A stretch of 64,000 nt of DNA from Octopus vulgaris (lineage: Eukaryota). Shown piece after piece: positions 26,153-37,849 of the stretch (position 1 is the stretch's first letter; every line of letters starts with the position of its first letter). The stretch is taken from contig OX597822.1 of NCBI GenBank assembly GCA_951406725.2, positions 101,308,001 to 101,372,000 of the forward strand, read 5' to 3'. Both the position numbers and the translations under genes were made by a program. The notes beneath the pieces were generated by a model. That model searched no databases, was not told the DNA's origin, and worked only from the letters and a program-made list of their open reading frames with translations.

Positions 26153-26887
26153 GCTTATAAAGGCATCAGTAGAAGTTCGTTTATTTGGTTAGGTTCCAGG
26201 TGTGACTTTGTTGGATCCAGTTGAAGATTATGGCAACCCATTCAATTCATTTGGATTATATGCTGAACCTCTTCTCTGTCAACTCGGTTGATAAGCTACT
26301 AAATTGAAAAACTGTATTAATTTAATCCAATGCTGGTTAGCTTTCGCACAGTCGGTAAATGTCTCATTTACGGATCTTTATTTCGGAACATGCATTTTTG
26401 CCTTCAATCAGAGTGTCCAGTGTATACCTCCCTTCATGACGAAATATTTGTCAGTTAATTCACCAGCTTCCTGGGCGAAGCCCTATAAGTTTTACTGAGA
26501 TATTTCTTCGAGATAAAATATTACGACTAGCACCGCTCCATAAGTATTTTTCTGTGAGGCTGTTTCAAGAGTATATATTAATTTATGACGAAATATGTTG
26601 TCTAAAAATGTTATATTGTCACTAATAATGTATGGCTACCTACACGTTTCTCTACACTTTTAGTAAATGGAATCATAAAAATTTGGAAGAACATTCCATT
26701 AATGAGAATAAGAGTTCTTTTTACATAGAAGTTATTTATTGTTACTTTCTCGGATAAAGAAAATTACATTTTCACGAGAATACCTTTTACTTGCTGCAGC
26801 GGATACCAACAGCAAAGTATAATCTTTAAGTTTCGCGTACTCTACTTAGCATGGGAAGTCACAAGTAATGTTTAATTTTTTAAAAGA

Positions 26888-27205
26888 CTCCGCCGGTTAC
26901 GACGACGAGGGTCCCAGCTGATACGATCAACGGAACAGCTTGCTCGTGAAATTAACGTGCAAATGGCTGAGCATTCCACAGACACGTGTACCCTTAACGT
27001 AGTTCTCGGGGATAATCAGCGTGACACAGAGAGTGACAAGGCTGACCCTTTGAAATACAAGTACAACTCATTTTTGCCAGCTAAGTGGACTGGAGCAACG
27101 TGAAATAAAGTGTCTTGCTCAAGGACACAACGCGTCGCCGGGAATCGAACTCACAACCTTACGATCATGAGCCGAATGCCCTAACCACTAAGCCACGCGC
27201 CCTCA
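26888..27205 (-). mobile_element. SINE family A variant (different tRNA head, same 3' body)
   Basis: Reverse complement has head GAGGGCGCGTGGCTTAGTGGTTAGGGC..GAGTTCGATTCCC and the family A 3' body. Confidence 0.8.
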
Positions 27206-27864
27206 CTAATGTTTATTTAAGTGAAATTAAAATAACCATAATGGGAAGAAAGAACATTAGCGTTAATGAAAGATACCTTGAAAAAGGACGAGAGAGAATT
27301 TCAGAAGTTCCAATGAGACCCAAAATTTTATGGAGATATATAAGAGACAGGTATGAGTTAGATTGTTGGAGAAAAACTCCCGGGAATGTTTCCATTCGGT
27401 TGTGTTTCTTCATCGGAGCATAGTCAATCCACAGCTACCTGTAACTTACAGCGACTAATATAAGTCGTTCTTGAGAAAATAATTCACCGCTCAAATGAAT
27501 TAAAATAATATTAACAGAAAGTTTCCAAAATGATTGTTTTTTTCACATAAAACATAGTTAAATGCAACCTAAAATATTTATTCTGATAAGTGAGATAATT
27601 TTTTATCAATTGAAATTACAGTGGTAATAAAAAGATATTTTACGCAAATGAAAATTACTTTCAAAAGTATCCAGGGAGAGAGTTCAAAAATTCTATTGCT
27701 TACAAATTAAATAGATGTATGCAGCTTAGAGAGAGAGAGAGAGAGAGATGGGGGAGCCACATATAAACTGAATGGAATTTTATAAATGTGTTATTTTTAG
27801 TTGATTTGTCATAACAATAAAATCAGAAGTAAAATTTTAGGTATTTTAATACTTTCGTTAACAA

Positions 27865-28112
27865 AGCGGCGAGCTGGCAGAAACGTTAGCGCGCCGGTCG
27901 AAATGCTTAGCAGTATTTCGTCTGCCGTTACGTTTTGAGTTCAAATTCCGTCGAGGTCGACTTTGCTTTTCATCCTTTCTGGGTCGATAAATTAAGTACC
28001 AATTACGAAGTGGGGTCGATGTAATCGACTTAATCCGTTTGTCTGTCCTTGTTTGTCCCCTCTATGTTTAGCCCCTTGTCCCCTCTATTGTTTAGCCCCA
28101 ATAAAGAAATAA
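27865..28112 (+). mobile_element. SINE family B
   Basis: GCGGCGAGCTGGCAGAAACGTTAGC...GAGTTCAAATTCC...AAAGAAATAAG. Confidence 0.85.
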
Positions 28113-28524
28113 GAATCGTTAACACGCCGGGCAAAATAATTAGCAGCATCTTGTTAATATTTCAGTAAATTATACACAGTAATATTTTACATTTGGGTAC
28201 ATTTGGGTACACTTATGTGATATGAATGCCTCAAAAACAAATATTAAATATACCTTTCGAGAAAGCTATCACATGTTCTCGATTAGTATTTTTCACTCAG
28301 TTCCTTTTTGAGATTCTGCCGTTTTTTTTGCCAAACCATAACGGTACAATGATCACCGTTTTCCTTGTAACAATAAGAAAAGATTCACACTAAATATGTC
28401 ACTTTTATGATTAAGAATTATCGTTCTGCCTCATATAAACGTGTCTGAGTAAAGTATACGTACATAAACACACACATACACACATATATATATATACATA
28501 TACATACATACATATACATACACA

Positions 28525-28592
<68 letters not shown>

Positions 28593-28593
<1 letters not shown>

Positions 28594-28953
28594 TAGCAAT
28601 ATCACCAGGTGTTGCTTGGGTTTGTTTCGACCCTTTAGAATTGAAATTTTTGAAAAGTAAAAATTTTGCATTATGCAACTTGTTATTCTCTTCAAGTGAA
28701 CATTTTTCCAGGTGAAATACACCGAAAAATGGTAACACAGCAGTCAAAAATCGTAAAAAATAGGGATTTTCATAGAAAAAAAGGACCTTTTTGATGTAAA
28801 TAATTTTTGGTGTTAACACGGTCCGATTTGAATTTTATCTCCTACAGAATGAAGAGCAATCCTTCTTCTATCATAGGGTCTCGAAGGAGATAGTGTTAGT
28901 TGAAGGCTACCAAACCTGCCACACACAGACAACTTCAGCTTTATATATATAGA
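28593..28953 (-). mobile_element. Non-autonomous Helitron
   Basis: Minus strand starts TCTATATATATAAAG and ends CCCAAGCAACACCTGGTGATATTG-CTAG, in an A|T site. Same termini family as 45611-45982. Confidence 0.7.
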
Positions 28954-30045
28954 TTTGCTTCACACTACTTTCCATCCTTAATAATGAAATTTGGTAGATC
29001 CAAAAGTTAAACACACAGACACACACACAGATACACACACAGACACACACACAGATACACACACAGACACACAAGTTGAGTTTTATATATACAGATTTCT
29101 CATCGGGGATTTCAGGGGAGAGTTTCAGGGAGTCGCTGGCGATGTATCGTGATGATCAAAAATCCGGCCTGCTAAAATTTGGTTAAAGTGATTCAAACTG
29201 CAGACTCAACGCAAAATGGTCACATTTAATTCAAAGCGTTAAAAATGTTATGAAAACAATTTGTATGTGTTCACAAAGTCCAAACGATTAATACGAAAAC
29301 ATCTTCCAGGCTACATCCCGAAAATTCATTTCTTTGCCGAATTTCTACAATGTTTACGGCGATTCGTTTTTATATCTTGATTTTTTTATTTTTCATGTAA
29401 TTTACGCATGCTTGCACGCGTGGTGAACACAGTTAACGTCAAACAGCTGACTGAGTAAAGTTCACTATTCAATGTATGGGATAAGGCCTAAACAAACACA
29501 TTATCGATTTTTGCACTTGCGAGATGAATTTCGGAACAGAAATAGCTTAGTTCAATTTTCATTCGCCTAAACTTTAAGTGGCCCATTTTTGGTGGCTCTA
29601 CGATTTGTTGGCTAGGAGATGTGCCGGGAAGTTAAACACACAGACAAACACAGACACACAAGTTGAGTTTTATATATATAGATATATATATATAAAATTC
29701 AGAGGATTGACCACTAAAAGTGGACAGCCTGTATGCTAGATATAGACGTCAAATTCGCCATTTTCCACGGAGAATATGTTCTCAAGAAAAAAATTCAGCT
29801 AAAACCAAAGCGTAAAAATAAGCAAGACAAATGAAAATGAAATATACATATATATGTATATATATATTTGAGTAGTTGAATGAATTATCTTATCAAGGAC
29901 AATTCGAATTAACCGATACCTGGGTAGCAAATTCACATAAGAAAAAACACGGTTGAAGTTACGTGCCTAGGGCATATATTACGTGCTTTCGTGTGGAAAT
30001 TTGTATGTTTGTTTTAAAAATATAAATATATGAAAGAATTCTTTC

Positions 30046-30108
<63 letters not shown>

Positions 30109-30205
30109 TATATAGGAGAAATTCACTCATAAATTTTTTTTTCAGTTCCAGAAAAAAAAAAATAGATCAAAACACTAACTACGATGCCATTAATAACAGT
30201 TAGGA

Positions 30206-30211
30206 TTTATT
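30206..30211 (-). terminator. Polyadenylation signal (AATAAA) of the neuropeptide gene
   Basis: TTTATT on + about 460 nt after the stop codon, followed on the minus strand by a GT/T-rich downstream element. Confidence 0.6.
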
Positions 30212-30668
30212 AGAAAAAAATTTAAAAATAAGGACATGAAGGAAAATGAAGCAACTGTGTTGGGAAAAAAATTGATAGAAACTTCAAAAGTCTTTCGCGA
30301 ACTTTCATTACTGGTATCGAACGCCAAAAACACAGTACTGTTTTCTTTCAATGCTCTCGCTGATTCAGACGTGGCTGTTGTGAATTGTTATCAGAGATGT
30401 ATTAAGAGTACATCTGTAGAAAGAGTAGATCTTTTACATTTCTGTTGATATTATTAGCAGTAAATAAATCAAAACAGAAGTCGAAGTTCTGAATGTATTT
30501 GGTAGTAAGTGTATGTGATTGTGAGAAAACTTCCTCTACTCTTGAAGGGATAATAAAGAAAGGCTTTGTTTTCAATTTTCGTCGAAACAGTATAGCAAAT
30601 AACAACTGTTCCTTAAGTTATTTTGTGTTAATCCATTCCACAGGGCAACATATATTGATAATGCTGTT

Positions 30669-33407
30669 TTAGTTTTTCAGGTCTGAATCACCACTACCTT
30701 GTTTTTCAGCTGATTCTGTTAAAAGCGCTCCACTTAACGAGTCAGATTGTCTCTTTCCATAATCAGGCATATATGCTCCACCTAACGTGTCAAATGGTCT
30801 CCAGTCACTATCCATGTCATATTGTTTCTTAACATTCCGCGGTATAAATGCTTTTCCTAACGATTCAAAATGTCTCTTTCCACCAGGCGGAGAAATTTCT
30901 CCCTCTAGCGTGTCAAATTGTCTCTTTCCACCAGGCGGAGTAATTTCTCCCTCTAGCGTGTCAAATTGTCTCTTTCCACCAGGCGGAGTAATTTCTCCCT
31001 CTAGCGTGTCAAATTGTCTCTTTCCACCAGGCGGAGAAATTTCTCCCTCTAGCGTGTCAAATTGTCTCTTTCCACCAGGTGGAAAAATTTCTCCCTCTAG
31101 CGTGTCAAATTGTCTCTTTCCACCAGGCGGAGAAATTTCTCCCTCTAGCGTGTCAAATTGTCTCTTTCCACCAGGCGGAGAAATTCCTCCCTCTAGCGTG
31201 TTAAATTGTCTCTTTCCACCAGGCATAAAAGCTCCACCTAACGAATCGAAATTCCTCTTTCCACCTGGCATAAAAGCACCACCCAAGGAATCGAAAGTAC
31301 GTTTTCCACCTGGCATAAATGCTCCACCTAACGAATCGAAAGTACGTTTTCCACCTGGCATAAATGCCCCACCTAACGAATCGAAAGTACGTTTTCCACC
31401 TGGCATAAATGCTCCACCTAATGAATCGAAAGTACGTTTTCCACCTGGCATAAAAGCTCCACCTAACGAATCGAAAGTACGTTTTCCACCTGGCATAAAT
31501 GCTCCACCTAACGAATCGAAAGTACGTTTTCCACCTGGCATAAATGCCCCACCTAACGAGTCGAAGTTTCTTTTACCACCTGGCATAAAAGCCCCGCCCA
31601 AAGAGTCAAAGTTTCTCTTTCCACCTGGCATAAAAGCACCACCCAAGGAATCGAAAGTACGTTTTCCACCTGGCATAAAAGCACCCCCTAACGAGTCAAA
31701 GTTCCTCTTTCCAACTGGCATGAAAGCACCACCCAAGGAATCGAAAGTACGCTTTCCACTTGGCATAAATGCACCCCCTAAGGAATCAAATGAACGTTTT
31801 CCATCGGAATCATCCAATGAATCAGCACTGCTCTCAGCAGATAGACGTCTTCCATTTAAGGAATGACATGAACGTTTTCCCAAGCAACCACTCGGAAGTG
31901 GTAAAATTCCTCCACCCAAGGAATCGAAAGTACGTTTTCCTCCTGGCATAAATGCACCACCCAATGAGTCGAAGTTTCTTTTTCCACCTGGCATAAATGC
32001 CCCACCTAATGAGTCGAAGTTTCTTTTTCCCCCTGGTGGCATAAATGCACCACCTAATGAATCGAAGTTTCTTTTTCCCCCTGGTGGCATAAATGCCCCA
32101 CCTAATGAATCGAAGTTTCTTTTTCCCCCTGGTGGCATAAATGCCCCACCTAATGAGTCGAAGTTTCTTTTTCCACCTGGTGGCATAAATGCCCCACCTA
32201 ATGAGTCGAAGTTTCTTTTTCCCCCTGGTGGCATAAATGCCCCACCTAATGAGTCGAAGTTTCTTTTTCCACCTGGCATAAATGCACCACCTAATGAGTC
32301 GAAGTTTCTTTTTCCCCCTGGTGGCATAAATGCCCCACCTAATGAGTCGAAGTTTCTTTTTCCACCTGGCATAAATGCACCACCTAATGAATCGAAGTTT
32401 CTTTTTCCACCTGGCATAAATGCACCACCTAATGAATCGAAGTTTCTTTTTCCACCTGGCATAAATGCACCACCTAATGAATCGAAGTTTCTTTTTCCAC
32501 CTGGCATAAAAGCTCCACCTAAAGAGTCGAAGTTTCTTTTTCCACCTGGTGGCATAAATGCCCCACCTAATGAGTCAAAGTTTCTTTTTCCACCTGGTGG
32601 CATAAAAGCTCCACCTAAAGAGTCGAAGTTTCTTTTTCCACCTGGTGGCATAAATGCCCCACCTAATGAATCGAAGTTTCTTTTTCCACCTGGCATAAAA
32701 GCTCCACCTAAAGAGTCGAAGTTTCTTTTTCCCCCTGGTGGCATAAATGCACCACCTAATGAATCGAAGTTTCTTTTTCCACCTGGCATAAAAGCTCCAC
32801 CTAAAGAGTCGAAGTTTCTTTTTCCACCTGGTGGCATAAATGCCCCACCTAATGAATCGAAGTTTCTTTTTCCACCTGGCATAAATGCCCCACCTAATGA
32901 GTCGAAGTTTCTTTTTCCCCCTGGTGGCATAAATGCCCCACCTAATGAGTCGAAGTTTCTTTTTCCCCCTGGTGGCATAAATGCCCCACCTAATGAGTCG
33001 AAGTTTCTTTTTCCACCTGGTGGCATAAATGCCCCACCTAATGAGTCGAAGTTTCTTTTTCCCCCTGGTGGCATAAATGCCCCACCTAATGAGTCGAAGT
33101 TTCTTTTTCCACCTGGTGGCATAAATGCCCCACCTAATGAGTCGAAGTTTCTTTTTCCCCCTGGTGGCATAAATGCCCCACCTAATGAGTCGAAGTTTCT
33201 TTTTCCCCCTGGTGGCATAAATGCCCCACCTAATGTGTCGAAGCTTCTTTTTCTATGTAGCACGTGCATTCCAATTGGTGAATATTTTACGGAATCTGAA
33301 AGCCTTTTATTCATATGTTTGCTGTGGGAATTCAAATAGGCTACACCGAATTCATCATTTTTCATACCTTCTGTCGGTCCCTTACCCATCGATTGTCGCT
33401 TCTCGTC
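30669..33407 (-). CDS. FCAP: Terminal coding exon of an FCAP-like (feeding circuit-activating peptide; pedal peptide/orcokinin-related xFDSLGG) neuropeptide precursor
   Basis: 912 codons plus stop after the acceptor ttttttaattgcag|GAC (phase 0). About 51 peptides bounded mostly by KR, most with a G-KR amidation signal. DSLGG core as in molluscan FCAPs. The listed TTG start is intronic and there is no signal peptide in this exon. Confidence 0.88.
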   Translation of the reverse strand, partial: DEKRQSMGKGPTEGMKNDEFGVAYLNSHSKHMNKRLSDSVKYSPIGMHVLHRKRSFDTLGGAFMPPGGKRNFDSLGGAFMPPGGKRNFDSLGGAFMPPGGKRNFDSLGGAFMPPGGKRNFDSLGGAFMPPGGKRNFDSLGGAFMPPGGKRNFDSLGGAFMPPGGKRNFDSLGGAFMPGGKRNFDSLGGAFMPPGGKRNFDSLGGAFMPGGKRNFDSLGGAFMPPGGKRNFDSLGGAFMPGGKRNFDSLGGAFMPPGGKRNFDSLGGAFMPPGGKRNFDSLGGAFMPPGGKRNFDSLGGAFMPGGKRNFDSLGGAFMPGGKRNFDSLGGAFMPGGKRNFDSLGGAFMPGGKRNFDSLGGAFMPPGGKRNFDSLGGAFMPGGKRNFDSLGGAFMPPGGKRNFDSLGGAFMPPGGKRNFDSLGGAFMPPGGKRNFDSLGGAFMPPGGKRNFDSLGGAFMPPGGKRNFDSLGGAFMPGGKRNFDSLGGAFMPGGKRTFDSLGGGILPLPSGCLGKRSCHSLNGRRLSAESSADSLDDSDGKRSFDSLGGAFMPSGKRTFDSLGGAFMPVGKRNFDSLGGAFMPGGKRTFDSLGGAFMPGGKRNFDSLGGAFMPGGKRNFDSLGGAFMPGGKRTFDSLGGAFMPGGKRTFDSLGGAFMPGGKRTFDSLGGAFMPGGKRTFDSLGGAFMPGGKRTFDSLGGAFMPGGKRTFDSLGGAFMPGGKRNFDSLGGAFMPGGKRQFNTLEGGISPPGGKRQFDTLEGEISPPGGKRQFDTLEGEIFPPGGKRQFDTLEGEISPPGGKRQFDTLEGEITPPGGKRQFDTLEGEITPPGGKRQFDTLEGEISPPGGKRHFESLGKAFIPRNVKKQYDMDSDWRPFDTLGGAYMPDYGKRQSDSLSGALLTESAEKQGSGDSDLKN
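30873..33245 (-). repeat. Coding tandem repeat, 45/48-bp units in three blocks (28 + 13 + 7 units)
   Basis: Block 1 is 33245-31932, block 2 is 31793-31209, block 3 is 31208-30873. Counted from the translation and checked against coordinates. Confidence 0.95.
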
Positions 33408-33923
33408 CTGCAATTAAAAAAGAATATTGAATTATAGACAATTCGAAGAGCCAAAACAAAAAGATCTATGAATGTATAATAATAAAAATCATTTAGATAG
33501 ACTGATTTGAAGAGGGAAAAATTACTTAGTTAAAGCGAAATATTTAACCAGTGGAATGATTATGTTGGCTGGCTTCTGCCTTTCTAAACCAGATAAGGTA
33601 CTTATCTGATATGGATTAATAGTATTTCCTCTAATATGTATAGAAATTGAATTGACAAGTTTTCAAAGACATGTCTGCAATAAACATTTGGAAAACAAGT
33701 ATATTAAGTTACCATTAAATCAATGCGAATTTCAGCCTGAGATAATTGACTACTTATGAGTAAATTATGCAATTACAGGCGGACATTCTCTGTGTCAAGG
33801 TCTACGTTTACAATAATATCAGTAACAACAATTTTGAAAATGCTCCTGTATTCCTACACACTCGGATTGAGGGCTTCAAATTATACGAAAGTAACAAGAC
33901 TGTGGTAATTAGAAATATTAAAG

Positions 33924-34343
33924 GAGGCGAGCTGGCAGAAACGGTAGCACGCCGGACGAAATGCATAGCCGTATTTCGTCTGCCGTTAGGTTCTGAGTTC
34001 AAATTCCGCCGAGGTCGACTTTGCCTGTCATGCTTTCGGGGTCGATTAAATAAGTACCAGTTACGCACTGGGGTCGATATAATCGACTTAATCCGTTTGA
34101 CTGTCCTTGTTTGTCCACTCTGTGTTTAGCCCCTTGTGGGTAGTAAAGAACTAGAAATAGGTATTTCGTCTGTCTTTACGTTCTGAGTTCAAATTCCGCC
34201 GAGGTCGACTTTGCCTTTCATCCTATCGGGGTCGATCAAATAAGTACCGGTTACGCACTGGGGTCGATATAATCGACTTAATCCGTTTGACTGTCCTTGT
34301 TTGTCCACTCTGTGTTTAGCCCCTTGTGGGTAGTAAAGAAATA
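33924..34343 (+). mobile_element. SINE family B, dimeric, with imperfect ~23-bp TSD
   Basis: One head and two bodies joined at AAATAG|GTATTTCG. GACTGT..TAATTAGAAATATTA on both sides. Confidence 0.85.
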
Positions 34344-35019
34344 GACTGTCATAATTAGAAATATTAGCAAACTTGACTAGTGTAGTGCCTCAAAGCAACC
34401 AAACATCCAGTGGCAGTGTGAAGATATTAACATGAAACTTGAAACTATGTTATACTCCAATGCACTTCATAACGATTTTATACAATTACACTATACTTAA
34501 TTTTTTTAACACTACAATATTAAATTCTCCTACTTTATTCGAGAAACAGAGTCCATCGGTATTTCTAGCCTGCAACATTTTCTCAGTAAGTGCCGAGTTA
34601 TCTATAAGCATATTTCTTCTAAAACTGATGGGTCAAAGCTATAACAAGTACTCGATCAATCTATGAAAAATGTCTATACAAAGAGTAACAATGTTTATAT
34701 AGTATTAAAGAAATGAACAAGTGTTTGTAATAGAGAAAATACTATTTTGTAGGTAATAAAAAAGATTAAGAACAATCTCTGTATGTTGTGTGTTTAAGAA
34801 GTTCGCTCCACAACGAAATAGTTTCTATTCAGTCCCACCGTTTGGGAACTTGGGCAAGAATATTGCACGAGAGCTCTGTCTCTGTAAACTATTATACTTG
34901 AGGAAGCAAGCGAAACTTATGTAATGCCAGCTTTAGGTCTTTTCAGAATCTGAGAATTTCCATTTCTATAATAAAACTGTTAATATGGCACCAATATATA
35001 CACCTCATGTATATATATA

Positions 35020-35248
35020 TTTCTTTACTACCCACAAGGGGCTAAACACAGAGATGAGAAACAAGGACAGACAAACGGATTAAGTCGATTTCATCGACTC
35101 CAGTGCGTAACTGGTACTTAATTTATCAACCCCGAAAGGATGAAAGGCAAAGCCGACCTCGGTGGAATTTGAACTCAGAACGTAACTGCAGATGAAATAC
35201 GGCTACGCATTTCGCCCGGCGTGCTAACGTTTCTGCCAGCTCGCCGCC
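35020..35248 (-). mobile_element. SINE family B
   Basis: Reverse complement of the family B consensus. Confidence 0.85.
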
Positions 35249-35304
35249 TCTGTCTCTGTAAACTAATATACTTGAGGAAGCAAGCGAAACTTATGTAATG
35301 GCAC

Positions 35305-35810
35305 TTTGAAGCTGGGAACACATGTTACAATCATCGTGTCAAAAGAGTACAAGATTCGGAGAAATGTAAGATTTTGTGGGACTTTCCAAACGGACAAGAA
35401 ATTAGAAAACAATAGACTAGGTATTACAAACATAGATAACGAATAGCGAAGTTGCTTACTTATCGAGCCATCATGACTATTTGATTCCAGGATCGTAAAG
35501 AAATCGGAAGAAAAACAGAAAAATACGATCCCCTAAAATTTGAAATACTTTTATAATAATTGGTGCGTTTGGAACAGTAAGCCAAGCTATAGACAATGGC
35601 TGAGGGAGATTGAAATACAATGCCCGGTAGAGATTCTACAGAAACTTTGTCTTTGAGGGACAGCAAAGATTATCAGGACGGTCCTAAGCACTTGAAAGAC
35701 TGCTGAAAACTTGAGGATACCAAAGGTTACAGGTAGTAACCCGCTACCCACATAAATCCTATCAGGAACAAGACCGAACCTAAGATAATAATAATAATAA
35801 TAATAATAAT
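35305..35810 (+). mobile_element. R4/Dong-like LINE 3' fragment with (TAA)n tail
   Basis: Decayed KILWDFP..KKLENNR, IIIGAFGTV and LQKLCL*GTAKIIRTVL motifs followed by (TAA)n. Confidence 0.65.
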
Positions 35811-36381
35811 AAGGTAACTAGAATGTGGAACCTGAAAACAGAAACAATTCCTATCATAGTAGGTGCATTAGGCATGATAAAAAAATATTATTATTACTAT
35901 TATTATTATCTTGATTTAGGATTGACCGTATTCGAGGTAGAATTAATGTGGTAGAATTTAGCAGATTACTCCCTGTAACTTGATATGTTTTACTTCATCT
36001 TTTCTTTATTTTTCTTCTTCATTTCGTAGGCCAATCCATACCATGTTCAAACCATTCTTATTCCTATAATCTATGGTTATGCTTTTCTTAATCCGAATTG
36101 ACATTTCCAGACACATGGCTTTGCATATATATATATAATATTAATTAGAGACAACACAAACAAAGAAAGACTTAATCCAATACATAAAATTTTTTATATA
36201 AATTAAATATAATAAAGATATCCACTACGATCGTTTCTTGTCACTTCTATTGACATTTCTTTGTTTGATTTGCATAATAGTGGTTTTGTCTCTAATTAAT
36301 ATTATATTATATTTTACTATAAAATTGGATTCAATCCTAAATCTGATTTTTCCCTGTAAATTTGGATTTATTCCCTAATAT

Positions 36382-36472
<91 letters not shown>

Positions 36473-37238
36473 TGTGCGTGTGTGAGTGTGTATCTTTGTA
36501 TGTATGTATATATATTTAATCTCAGGGCAGATTTTTAGGGATCGTTGTTTCTTTAGCTTTGAAGAATGGGAAGGTTGTTTTCCTTCATTGAGTCACTGGC
36601 TGTCTCTGGTTATGTAGGTACAATATTAAATATCTCCTTTACCACCTTGTGTCTTCGTTAAATATGTGGACCAGAAGTTTGCGATTAAAGTGATTCCTAA
36701 TGTTTTCTAGTCGTCTGTTATTTATTTTTTCAGCATGAATATTTAGGTTATTAGTATATCAACACATTTTCCAAAACGTTTCTTTTATTGCGTTCGTTGT
36801 ATTTTTGCCTATTTCATTTGACTTCTATTTTTTTTTTTTTTTTGAAAGTCTGACATTAGTGTAATTCACTTATCAGTTTCTTAATCTTGCAATGATACTA
36901 ATGTTATTAATTTGCTTCATTTCAAGATTTCGTTAGCGAAATTCCCTCGTCAGCATCATATATTAGTTCCTGATATAAAATCCTGTCTTCAACAGCTTTT
37001 AAGTATCATGTACAGCATCCGGTTTATCCTCCTCCTCCTCCTCCTCCTCATCATCATCATCATCATTATCACACATGACTATCATTATTATTGTTGTTTT
37101 TCGGTTTTCCTAATTTTATCTTATAGACTATAATCAGCTTAATTTTGCTCGCTTCTTAGTTTCTTTTCTTATCACATTCTCATTGCTTGTTGTCGTTGTT
37201 GATGTTGATGTTGATGATGTTGATGTTGAGAGAAGCGG

Positions 37239-37587
37239 TCTTCATCCAGTGAGAGAAGTCCGAAACGTGGTCCTTTGCTATTCGTAAGACCCGCAGAAGA
37301 GAAAGCAGGTCAACCCCCGACGACACCGAGAGCATCGATGGATGGATGAATGCGCATCCAGGCTCAGCGGTTGCGTAGGAAGTCGGGGGACAAGAAACAG
37401 GAAGAAAGAGTGAGAGAAACTTGGGGCGAAAGAGTACAACAGGGGTCGGCACCACCCCCTGCCGGAGCATCGTTGAGCTTTAGGTGTTTTCGCTCAATAA
37501 ACACACACAGCGCCCGGTCTGGGAATCGAAACCGCGATCCCCCGACCGCGAGTCCGCTGCCCTAACCATTGGGCCATTGCGCCTCCA
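37239..37587 (-). mobile_element. SINE with family A head and a different 3' body
   Basis: Reverse complement of the family A head at 37587-37440. Confidence 0.8.
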
Positions 37588-37811
37588 CTGTTAAAGCTGT
37601 ATTCGGGTAGTTTGTTTCTGTGGACAGAATGACTTGCAGGAACCCGTTATAATTATTTATTCTTTTGTGTAGTTGCTTGTTCACCTGTAACTTAGATAGG
37701 TGTTTACATCGATCAATGTTCATCGATTTTGCTATAACCTCTTTTAGTTTCCTTATTGTGAAGTATGTTTCTATTCCCTTTATTGTTCAGTTGGGGCTGA
37801 GAATATATAGT

Positions 37812-37849
<38 letters not shown>

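Noticed and set aside
30787-31866. 359-aa plus-strand ORF antisense to the neuropeptide exon
   Set aside because: Shadow of the in-frame tandem repeat. It has no processing signals or recognisable domain.
30873-33245. Regular 45-48 bp repeats resembling a CRISPR array
   Set aside because: No unique spacers, eukaryotic context, and the units encode KR-flanked peptides.
33411-33413. TTG start of the 914-aa ORF
   Set aside because: It lies in the splice acceptor (ttttttaattgcag). The true start must be in an upstream exon.
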